Positions 12,650-24,000 of a stretch of DNA of 64,000 bases are shown one piece after another; position 1 is the first letter of the stretch; each line of letters begins with the position of its first letter. This DNA is from Chiloscyllium plagiosum (Eukaryota): NCBI RefSeq assembly GCF_004010195.1, contig NC_057749.1, forward strand, positions 16,434,524 through 16,498,523, in the 5' to 3' direction. The notes beneath the pieces are model-generated. The model was given only the letters and a program-made list of their open reading frames with translations, made no database searches and was not told where the DNA came from. A program made the position numbers and the translations under genes.

Positions 12650-14573
12650 GGTATTTCTCCATCCTGAGCACTCGTCGTAAGACTCATTTTTAGCCACGAA
12701 AAATGTTACAGAAAGTTGAATTGCCCTTTTTTTTCCCCTCTTGAAATCTCTTTGCCCCTTCATATTCTCCATAATGTTTTACCCAAGTTCCCTAACTCAT
12801 GCTAAAATGGGACAGGTGTATTAGAAGCTGACAACTCCTCAAAACCCAAAAGCAGTGGAAGCTTTTCTAGAAGAGTGAACGAAGTAATTCATGTGTTTCC
12901 AATATGACCAGACACAGCCAAAATGGAAACACTCCATAACTTTAATTGTACAACAGTGAGACAGGATTGGTGAAAGCTCATTTTTCCAAGATCACATTGC
13001 ATTCTTTGTGATTTGGCTTGATGTGACAATCATTGCTGGGAGAAGCTAGTGTACCATTTCATCCAACATAACCATAATTGCTTCAAGGGAACCTGAAGGG
13101 ATGACTGACTGTAACCGAACACCACCTCTCAGCCTAGGTAATTGCTACTGCTGTATTGCAGCCTTTGAGAGGGAGCTCCAGGAGAGGCTGCTACCACCAT
13201 ATGTACAATCAGGAAAGCACCTGGGGAAACAAAGACAGCTGAGGTATTCACCAAATTGTTGGAAGCAAATGGGAGTTACGAATCATGTTGCGCATACCAG
13301 ACAAAGATTCTCGCTGTTACCAACCCGAGTCTGCTGAGCTGTCTGGGAAAGGCCTCTGATAAGGTCATCCCATTTCATCTCATAGCAACTGGACAATAAC
13401 CTGCTCTTCCACTCTAAAGAGGGTTTAGAAAAGGAAGTACCATTACCAACAACCTTGCTGTAAGTATCAGAAAGTATCCTCCGAATCTTAAAGAACACAA
13501 TGGTGTTCCAGGATATGGAAAAGACTTTGCTGTTCAGTAAATTTTGAAATTCCATGGTAGAGAACACAACCAGTGTCAAGAGAAGCAATTTCCAGCAGAG
13601 TTTATTGATTGTTTAGAATCCCACAGGTCTCACCCCAACTGTCGTTAATATTCAATATCTGATCTTAGGATTGTTAATTGTTCAGTTTGCAAATGGAATA
13701 TAAATGTGGATAAAGTTGTTCAATTTGGAAGGGAGAACAAAAGAACAATATCACATAAATGGCAAAAAACTACAGAGATCTGCAAAACAAAGGGACTTGA
13801 GGGTTTCTGTATTTGGAGAGCCCCGAAACCTGCAGCCACAAGCTATACACTAAAATCGACTCATTTGAATGTTTTCAAAATCATCCGAGAAAATATTAAT
13901 AGACAAACTAATGGGGTTGAAGGCAGATAAGTTCCCTTGCCCTGAATCCTAAAAGTAGCAGCTATTGAAATAATGGAGACATTATCCTTGGATTGTGGAA
14001 GAAGTATCAAAGGATTAGAGAACTGCCAATGTGACATCGCCATTCAAAAAGGGAGACAAAAAGTGGGCAACCACAGGTCAATTAGTCTAACATCTTCTGT
14101 TGGAAGAATGTTGAAATCAATTATTAGGGATATCTCAATCTTATCAAGTAGGGTCAGCATGGCTTTATGAAAGAGAATTTATTAACATATTTTGAGGAAG
14201 TCTCAAGTGCGTAGTGGGCAATCAGTAAATGTGTTGTATTTGGACTTCAAGAAAGTGTTCAACAAGATACCTCACAAAAGGTTAAGTCATAAGAGTTCAT
14301 AGTGTTAGAGGTAGTATAATGGCATGGACAGAGAATTCACTAATGCATAGGAAACAGTGGAGGTAAGGGGTTCCTTTTCAACCTGTGACCAGTGGGGTTC
14401 CACAGGGAGCAGTGGTTGGGCTGCAACTGTATATAATATATATAAATGACTTGGAAGAAAGAGAAGTTGCAAGAGGGAAACAAACGTTTTACAAGGAGAT
14501 ATTAATAGGTTAAGTAAGTGGAGTGGGCAATTGGAATGTAAATTTGGAAAAATGTAGATCGTTCAGTTTAGTA

Positions 14574-14646
14574 GCCCGGCTAGCTCAGTCGGTAGAGCAT
14601 GGGACTCTTAATCCCAGGGTCGTGGGTTTGAGCCCCACGTTGGGCG
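14574..14646 (+). tRNA. tRNA-Lys(CTT) gene or young pseudogene
   Basis: GCCCGGCTAGCTCAGTCGGTAGAGCATGGGACTCTTAATCCCAGGGTCGTGGGTTTGAGCCCCACGTTGGGCG matches vertebrate tRNA-Lys-CTT as I recall it, except T at 14629 (TTC to TTT in the T-loop). Anticodon 14607-14609; TTTT at 14656-14659. Confidence 0.9.
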
Positions 14647-14683
14647 CGCTATTAATTTTACACAAAAAGCTGAATCATTGAAA

Positions 14684-14908
14684 GGCACTGCTGCCTCACA
14701 GCGCCAGAGACCCAGGTTCAATTCCTGCCTCGGGCAACTGTCTATGTGGAGTTTGCACATTCTGAACTGGCCATGCTAAATTGCCCATAGTGTTAGGTGC
14801 AGGGGTAATTGTAAGAGAATGGGTCTGGGTGAGTTGCTCTTTGGAGGGTCGGTGTGGACTTGTTGGGCCGAAGGGCCTGTTTCCACACTGTAGGGAATCT
14901 AATCAGAT
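14684..14908 (+). mobile_element. HE1-type V-SINE, 5'-truncated and internally deleted
   Basis: gcactgctgcctcacagcgccagagaccc...tgtggagtttgcacatt...gggccgaagggcctgtttccacactg matches the full copy at 59237. Confidence 0.8.
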
Positions 14909-16255
14909 GGGAAAGCAAAAGAACAGTGTACTATTTAAATGGAGAAAAGCTGCAGAAGGTTGCAACACTAAAAGAGACTTGTGGGTATTTATACATGAAA
15001 CACAGAAAACCAGTACACAAGTGCTGCGGTAATCAGGAAGGCTACTGGAATATTGGCCCTTATTTTACGGGGTGTCAGAGTATAAGAGTAGGAAAATCTT
15101 ACTGCAACTGTACAAGGTGAGACCACATCTAGATCAGTTTTTTTTTCCCCCCCAAGGAAGGATATAATTTCTTTGGAGGGAGTTCAAAAAATGTTCACGA
15201 GGGGGATGATCTCCAGGATGGAGGAATAATCTTATGAGCAAAGACTAAGCAGGTTGAGATTTTATTCATAGGAGTTTATAAGAATGATTGAGAGGGTGAT
15301 CTTATTGAAACATATCTGATTCTTAAGGGTCTTGACAAGATGAATGCTGAGAGGATGTTCCCCTCATTGGAGAACTTAGGACCAGAGGGCACAGTCTAAA
15401 ACTGAGATGAGGAAGAATTTCTTCTCTCATAGGTTGTCTGTCTTTGGAACTCCTTGCCATAAACAGCTGTGGGGCAGAGTTCCTGTGCAAATTTAAGATT
15501 AAGAAGAGATTTTTGATCAGTTGGGGAATCAATGTTACAGGGAAAGAGCAGGAAAGTGGATGTGAGGAATGTTGGATCAGCCATGATCCTACAGAATGGT
15601 GGAGCAGACACGATGGACCAAATGGCCTATTCCAGTTCCTATTTCTTATGGTCATTCCACCAAAGACCTACAATATTTTCCTTTTCAAGTATGTATCTAA
15701 ATCCCTTCTGAAAGTTACTATCGAATCTGCTTCCAACAACCTTGAATAAAAATACAAAGATGTTTGAAGATCTGGAGCCACCAGCATTACCATGAAGTAT
15801 TTCTGAACTCCAAAAAATCTCTCTGTATTGTGCTGCAGAAGAGAAGAAAGTAAGTAACAAGCTTGAAGACAGATGTTTGACAGCTAGCAAGCAATGACAG
15901 GAAAAGAACTAAGATTAATAAACCTGATGAACATACTTCACTGAACGCACATGGCTGTCATTTCTCGTCCAGAGCAGGACAAATTTAAATCCTCTGAACA
16001 AAGCAGCCTGAGAATTTCCTTCAGATTGTAGAACACTGGTTCAATTCTGGAGAACAGTGTTTTAGCCTTCTGTCCTAGGTCAGCCACATCCCTAAACATA
16101 TTCATGGATAAAGAATCAAGGAGTAAAGGCAGATGATCAATTCCCATGCTTAGTCTGTTCAACCTATATGCACAACATCTGTACACCTCTGTGGAAGAAA
16201 GGCATCACCGATGTTAAATATAGAGGAAGGAGGCAGAACTATTACTCAGACATGG

Positions 16256-16443
16256 TTAGAAATCACAACACCAGGTTATAGTCCAACATGTTTATTTGGA
16301 AGCACTAACTTTCGGAGCGCTGCTCCTTCAACAGCGGTCTGAAAGCTAGTGCTTCCAAATAAACCTTTTGGACTATAACCTAATGTTGTGTCATTTCTAA
16401 CTTTGTACACCCCAGTCCAACACTGGTGTCTCCAAATCATGAC
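16256..16443. mobile_element. Palindromic Penelope-derived insertion (family B)
   Basis: Inverted arms ~16256-16313 / 16341-16400; flanking TACTCAGA(C/T)AT at 16243-16253 and 16444-16454; same sequence family as 31065-31270 and 32960-33070. Confidence 0.7.
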
Positions 16444-17030
16444 TACTCAGATATATGCGGGAGACACAGACTATAATCTCAGGGAATTCTTTAGCGGGAG
16501 GTGGCTGAGCCAGTGCCAATTACATCTACATCCAAGTCAGAACACCAATTGCAAATTCTAATATCTGATGAAAAGGCCGCAAAAATAGCATCAAATATGG
16601 GCTATCAGGTAATATCAACATCGTGCTCAAAACTAGAAGGAAGAAATGAATCACGAGCTAGGTAAAAGAAGCCAGAGACCACAGGCCTTCACCTTTGACA
16701 CTCCTTTACAGAAGTGAGCAGTGAGTAGTTCCATTAACCTGCTTAAAAAGTGATTGCAGAGAAGTTACATTTTAAAATGCGTCAAATTAAAATGAAAAAG
16801 TGTTTAATTTTAAATTTCAAACATCTGATTGTTAGGTGCTGATAAAAATGCTTTTCTGTGATATAAAATTCTTCATTTTAATACCTTGTTAAACGTTACA
16901 CATTTAACAGATTTCAAACAATGTTTGCAACTAGGAAAGTGCTAGAGGAAGCAGCTAAAGACAAAGTGATAAATAAGTTTTTCTCAAGATGGAGAGATGA
17001 AGCAGGTTGGAGTGATAGTGAAGAAGAGTA

Positions 17031-17357
17031 CGGTGATGGCTCAGTGGTTAGCACTGCTGCCTCAGTGCCAGGGACCCTGATTCGATTCCCGCCTCAGGTG
17101 ACTGTCTGTGCGGAGTTTGCACATTCTCCCCATGTCATTGTGAGTTTCCTCCAGGTGCTCCGGTTTCTTCCTACAATCCAGAGATGTGCACGTCAGATGA
17201 ATTGGTCATGCTAAATTGCCCATAGTGTTAGGTGCATTAGTCAGGGGTAAATATCGGGTAGGGGAATGGGTCTGGGTGGGTTACTCTTCGGAGGATCGGT
17301 GTGGACTTGTTGGGCCAAATGGCCTGTTTCCATACTGTGGGGAATCTAATCTATTCT
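17031..17357 (+). mobile_element. HE1-type V-SINE
   Basis: tRNA-like head (tggctcagtggttagcactgctgcc), V-domain (ggagtttgcacattctcccc...ggtgctccggtttc) and (AATCT)n tail. Confidence 0.85.
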
Positions 17358-17916
17358 AAAAAAAATAGACTAGAGTTGAGAATGTTACAACAATTTACAT
17401 GTTAAATTGAGCAATTGCCCAGGAAATCTGATCTGCGCGTGATGCTTGCTGCATCAATAGGAACCAATAAGTTAATAAAGTCTCCAACTTATTGCTGTCC
17501 TAGCAGCTGCTTCCTTCCCATGTCACTGGTTGTTCTGATTCCAATGTTTTAGCTTCAGCAAGACTTTCTCTTCCTGAAGTCATGTGAGCACTTTTGCTCT
17601 TCCAATACTTTATCCATTGTAGGTACTCTTCTCAAAGGTCAAGACTAAAATTGTCCACAGACTAATTTTATCACAGAAGCACCACAGTCCAGCTCACCAA
17701 ATGCAGTTCACTGGACAAATTAGCAACAAAGACCAGTCCATTTTGTCCCATTCCTAACCCACAGGAATGCCAATTAGTACCATGAGTAACTTCACAACAA
17801 TTGACAATGGAGAGTTAATATAGTTCAGTGCTTGATTACTTATTGCACCACTGTGCTGAATTTTGACATGATCTCAATTGTATTTCAGTGACTGATAGAA
17901 CGAAATCATCGAAGGT

Positions 17917-18065
17917 TCAAAATTCTTCCTGTTGTGCAAACACAAAAGTGTTCCATGTTCCACAAACAACATCGAGAACAGAAAGATGGTTTTGTACAAA
18001 GTACTCAACAAGTCTTGGAAGATCAGAACTATTAGTCTGTCCATGGCCAAGCTGCCCATAGTTAC
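17917..18065 (-). CDS. RCCD1: RCCD1 last coding exon
   Basis: (G)[48 protein letters not shown]. Confidence 0.93.
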
Positions 18066-21000
18066 CTGGAAAACATGAATAATCTGTAAACAAACCCGTG
18101 AAAATAATACACTTGTATCCGTACAAGAAAGTCACAAAGGACATCACTCAAATTGTTTTTGAAGCACAGTAACTGAAAATAGGAGAATGTATCTGCTGTT
18201 TTACAAAAGCAACATTCAACCACTTATCAACAAATTATATAATTAGTCTGTTTGATATTGTAATGGTTGCGCCAAAGGACACACAAAGAGCTTTAAGAAT
18301 GCTATGGTATCTTCAATATCTGTCAGAACAGAAACGGATTCAAAAGATGGCATTTATAATGATGCTCAATACAACATGATTGGCAAGCTAGATTAAGAGC
18401 CCAAACTCTCAACCTTCTAGTGCAAAAAAACCAGCTGAGTAAAGATCAACACAAAAGCTTATTTCAACCACCAACAGGATTAATACTTACCCCAGCCCCA
18501 GGTGAAGAGGTTACCTTCCCCTGGAAAAGAGGGAAAATGATACGGTTCAAGTCAACAATGAAATACTATAAAAAATAATTTGGAGATTTATGAACATCAG
18601 GTTACATTCAGATCAGTTGCTGAATTGTAGAGAGCAGGCCCGAGGAGCCAAATGAAGCAAAGAATCCTTATTTTTAAGAACTGTGGTCTAAAATATGGGA
18701 GATGATGATGGCTTGAGAAAAGGAAATTGTGGAAGATGATATTTGCTGTTTTAAGAACATGTTACTGGAACACACTGTCACCCCAATCCACAAATGTTAC
18801 CTTATTCAAGCAACGAAGGAGAATTCTAGACAAAATTGCAGTCTAATTGTATTCACAGCAGTTTTGCCCATAGTTTTTTGATTTTTTTTTTCCAATCATG
18901 GTCAATTGTTCTAGGCTCAGTATAGTAACGACCACTTTATTAGTTCCTGGGCATATGACCAGAGCTCTGTGTGGTCAATAGCAAAAGCTTCTAGCCTGGA
19001 GAGTTAAGGTACTTAAATCTCTTTCTCTCTCTCTCCTGTGTTAAGAGATAGAAAATCTCCTGATATCCTCTCTCACTCACTATTTCCCTGTAAATGCCCT
19101 TTCTATAAATTCCTATGTTGAAAGGAAAAGGAAAAGGAAAAAACACGTTCCTCAATTAATGATAGACTAAGAATCAATATATCCACAAACTTGTCATTAG
19201 CAAAGAAAGCTAAAATAAAACTAGTCATTGATATCTGTGATTCAGACTAGTGGCAGAACTGTGTTTCAGTCTTTCTACTCACTCTCAACTCATAATACAG
19301 TACTTGTGTCTTCTCTTGGCTCATTGAGTGTATATGTGTGTGTGTTCAGGAACTTTAAAAAGAAGGGCATAATTTAAGTTATAGAGTTAGAAGTTAGCAA
19401 TTCATGTTTCTTTCCAGCCATTAGTTCAAAACAGTTTAATTACAGTAAATGGTTATTTACTTGCTAATAATTAAATCCTGGTCTGTATGTTATTTAAAAG
19501 TTGAATCGGAAAGGTAGATGCAGTTGGGCAATTCCATGATTGTATCAAATCTTTATAACTGTACAACTCTAGATATAATGGGGATTCACTTCCAATGTAT
19601 TACCCTAGTGAATTGTGTCGAAGGTCTATTCCTGCTCCTAATTCATATGAGTTTTCCTTGACACATTTTACCATGCGGCAAAAGCTTCATATGAGTTTTC
19701 CTTGACACATTTTACCATGGGGTGAAATTCCCGCCTCAGGCAACTGTCTGTGTGGAGTTTGCACATTCTCCCCATGTCTGCGTGGGTTTCCCCCGGGTGC
19801 TCCGGTTTCCTCCAACAGTCCAAGAAAAAAATGTGCAGGTTAGGTGAACTGGCCATGCTAAATTGCCCGTAGTGTTAGGTGAAGGGGTAAATGTAATGTA
19901 ATGGGTCTGGGCGGGTTGCTCATCAGAGGGTCAGTGTGGACTTGTTGGGCTGAAAGGCCTGTTTCCACATTGTAAGTAATCTAAAAAAAGCCCACAAATA
20001 GAATTTCAATTGTAAGTTCAAGTTCAAAGGTTCATTATTAATAGCAAATAAATAATGCCTCCACATCATGAAAGAAATGAAAATAAATCATTTATAATTT
20101 TGAGAACAGACTAATCTTCACTGATTTATCTCGTCGGCAATGTATTCAAATAATAAGACCCAAGAGCTTTACTGAAATTGCTATGACAATTTATCACAAA
20201 GTGGTAGAAAGACATGTTAATGTTTCAAATATTAATCTAGCTTTATTGTATTATTCCTGTTTCAGTTTTAGCTTATTCTTCTCATTTTTAGTTTTGAGCG
20301 CTCCTTTTGGAGAAGATTTTCTGTTCACTACCAATAGTATGGCAAATCAATAATCTGGTAAATAGAATATAATACTTAATGCTTATCAGGACAGTAAGTA
20401 CCAGAGAGTAACCTTCAGAGTTAACCATCTCATTTAGACAGCATGGAAGGAGACAGACTCTCCCAATGTTAAAATTCAACATTATTACATTAAAGTGACT
20501 TGTTTTACAAAGGAGCTTAGTGGCTACATCCTGTGAACCTCTCAAAACAATCAGTTTTCTTCAAGCCAATTTACCAAGCCAAAAATATTAGCAGTACTCA
20601 GCAATGGCTGTTACTTACTGGTGATGACCGCACTATGTCGTGACCCACAGCTGACTTTGCTGACCTCTGACTCTTCTGGTAAATCCAGCAGTGCGGGAAA
20701 TGCTTGAATTGAGATGAAGACGTTAGAATCATCCCCATCTGCTTTCTTATTTGCAGATTTTATAACCCTGTTGTTTGCATCACTCAAGGACGGCGTGACT
20801 GTGAGTAAAATGTATGTAAAATCAGAGACTAAGCTTAACGTTACTACGTACACATCAGCTAATCCTACTAAACAAAGTGAATACTTATTGCTGTTTAAAA
20901 AAAAATTAACATGAAAAGTGATGATCATGAAATGAATCACATCAAATATAAAGAAGTCATTGAGTAATTTGTCAGTTCTCATTGATGCTCAACCTGTCTC

Positions 21001-24000
21001 ATTTGTATGCTGGGGCAATGCTGCAACTACGTAAGGTCACTAGTATGCATCTGCTCTGAATAACTTCAACTCTAATCTACACATGCTAATCTCTTACATT
21101 AGGTTAGTGCAAAACCAACATTGTAACTTCGCAGTGTGGTCTTCCCAAGGCCAATGTTCTGTAGAGACATGCTGAGAATTCAGTTACACTCAAAAAGACT
21201 GGCACAAAAACAAATGCACTGGGAGCTTTTGGGTCAAGACAGTAAAATCACCATTTTTGAACGGTTTTATGACTTTCAATGGCTTGAGAGTCTGTCTGCC
21301 TCATTTTTGGAGGTAATACTGTAATACCAAGGGGCATGGCAGAATCTGAGATAGCAACACACAGTTAAAACATTTAAACATTTGGACATGGATAGCTTAG
21401 CTAATTAAGAGAGCAAGCAGCTGAGCCACACCATTGGAAAACGTGTTTTTAAGAAAATGTGTTTTATTATTATTTAACAATACGGACTGTACAAATACAT
21501 AACATAATTAAGCAGCGTCAGCATGGCTCCATGAAGGAGAAATCATATCTGGCAAATTTCTAATGGTTCTTTGAGAAGGTAACAAGCAAGATATATAAAG
21601 GAGAATCAGTAGATGCAATACAGTTGGATTTCTAAAAGGCTTTTGACGTTTATTGTATATAAGGCTACTTAAGTTAAAGGCCCATGTTGGGGGTAATAAC
21701 TCAGCATGGATAGAGATTGGCTACAGATGAAGAGTTTGGATAAAGGGGACATTTTCAGGATGGATGTAACTCAAAGTTCCACAAGGATTAGTACTGAGGC
21801 CACAGTTATGATATATATTAACAACTTGTTGATAGATGCAAACTTTGCAGATGACATGATAATAAGTGGGGAAAAAAGTATTGAAGATGACACAAAATGA
21901 ATGGGTAAAAATTGCAGATGGAACACAATGTGAGAAAATGTAAGGAAAACGTATGGCTCTGCAATTTGATAGGATAAAGAGCTGAATAATAATTAGATGG
22001 AGAAAGACTGCAGAAAGTTGCAGCACAGATGAATTGAGATCCTTGTGCATGAACCATAAAAAGCTGGCATCCAGGTTCAGTGGGTAATAGGGAAGGCAAA
22101 TGAACTGTTAAATTTTATTTTTTAAAAATGAAATATAAAAATAGGGAATAAAAGCAAATTACTGTGAAAGCTGAAACAAGCACAGAACACTGGTGAAACA
22201 CAGCAAATCTGGCAGCATCTTTGGAGAGAGCAACAAAGAAAATGTTCCAAGTCTGATATAATTCTTCTAAAGAAGTCACATCAGACCGAAAACATAAACA
22301 CTTTCTCTCTCCACAGATGCTGCCAGACCTGTATTCTCTGTGTTTGATAAAAATAGGTAGGTCATGCAAAAACTACACAAGGCACTAGTCAGACCAGATC
22401 TGGAATACTGTGAACAGTTTTGGCTACTCTAATCTAAGGAAAAATATTCTAGCATTGGAACCTTCCAGAGGTTCACTAGGTTGTTTGAGTAGGTTGGGTT
22501 TGTACTCACTGGAGTTTAGAAAATGAGAAGCTAATCTTATTGAAACATACACAATTCTTAGGTGGCTTGACAGTGCGAATGTAAAGAGATCTAGGAGCAG
22601 AGGACATAATACCTGTATCAGAGTAAGAAGTTGCCCATTTAAGACAGAGCAAGGAGAAATCTTTCCTCCTAACAAGTAATCAATCTGTGGAATTCTTCTC
22701 TGCAGAGGGCTGCAGTGGCTAGGTCAATAAGTATATTCAAGGATCAGATAGACTTTTAATCAGAAAAGAAATTGAGGATTTCGGGGATAAGACAGGTAAG
22801 TGGAGTTGGGGATTTTCAGATCAGCCATGATCTCATGGAACGGAGGAGCAGGCTTGTTGGGCTGAATGGATACGGTTGCTCTTATGTTTTATGGTCACAC
22901 TGACCAGGGAGGTTTCAGAATTGGCAGTCACTTATCTGAAATAGCTAATGGAACCATAGTAGACAACGCAACTACACTCAGTGTTCCTACGTTTAAATTC
23001 AAGCATTTTCTTCTCTCCCAATAAAGCAATTCTGCTTGAAAATGCACGTCCACCAGATCAGTCCATGGGAACAGGAGTTGGCCATTCAGCCCATCAAGCT
23101 CCACCATTCAAATAGATCATGGCTTATCAACTGTTTCAACACCACTTTCCCACACACTCTCTGTATTCCTTGATGTCATTAGTCTTCCAAAAACTAGCAA
23201 TTTTGGTTTTGTAAAAGCGCAATTATTGCGCTTCCACAGTACTCTAGAGTGCAAAATGCCAATGATTCACCACCCTCTGAGTAAAGAACTTCCTCATTTC
23301 AGTCTTAAACACTCTAACCTTATTCTGAGATTACGTTGCCTTGTTTTATACACATCAGCCAGAAGAAACATTTTATCAACATCCCTGTGATGCCCTGTAA
23401 GAATTTTCTAAGTGCCAATGTGGTCACCTCTCATTCTTCAAAACTCGAGAGAGTACAGACTCAGGTTCCTCTATCTTTCCACATAGCACAATCCTAAATC
23501 CCAGGGATTAGTTGTTGAATCCTTGTTGCACTCTCTCTATGGCAAGTTTATCCTTCCTTATATAAGGTGATACAGGATCAGTTTCAGATGTGATGTATTA
23601 CATAACCAAACTGCAGTATTGCACAGTGTAGATTCAATACCTTGACCAATCGGAATGAACCTGCCTGGGTTAAAAATTAAATAGAGGCTGGGAGTGAACT
23701 GTCAGTCATTGTTAACTGGTGCAATAGTTCTACCAGATTTCACTTGCCAACCCATGACTACTCCTCCCCCAATATTTTAAACTCGGCTTTCCCCTTAAAA
23801 TGTTTTCCTTGTGAACTGTCCTGATGAGTGCAAGGTAAAAGGCTTCAACAAAAACTGTTGTTCTCTCCAACAATGCATTGGTGCATACATAGCGCAGCGC
23901 TCCCCAAACATTTCCCATCCTTTGCATTTCAAAGCTTGAAAATTGCCATGATCCCTAATTTAAAAAGGTCAGTTATGTCACATCTATCATTTAAAAATTG

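Larger units (their letters stand above)
13680..15650 (+). mobile_element. CR1-clade (HER1-like) LINE ORF2/3' remnant, interrupted by tRNA plus SINE
   Basis: Peptide GNHRSISLTSSVGRMLKSII (CR1 RT motif), ggggttccacaggg (GVPQG) and a CR1-type 3' tail ending aatggcctattccagttcctatttcttatgg. Confidence 0.75.

Noticed and set aside
13101..13588. Overlapping 78- and 101-aa ORFs between CIB1 and RCCD1
   Set aside because: No recognisable homology, no coherent splice structure, and the lengths are compatible with chance.
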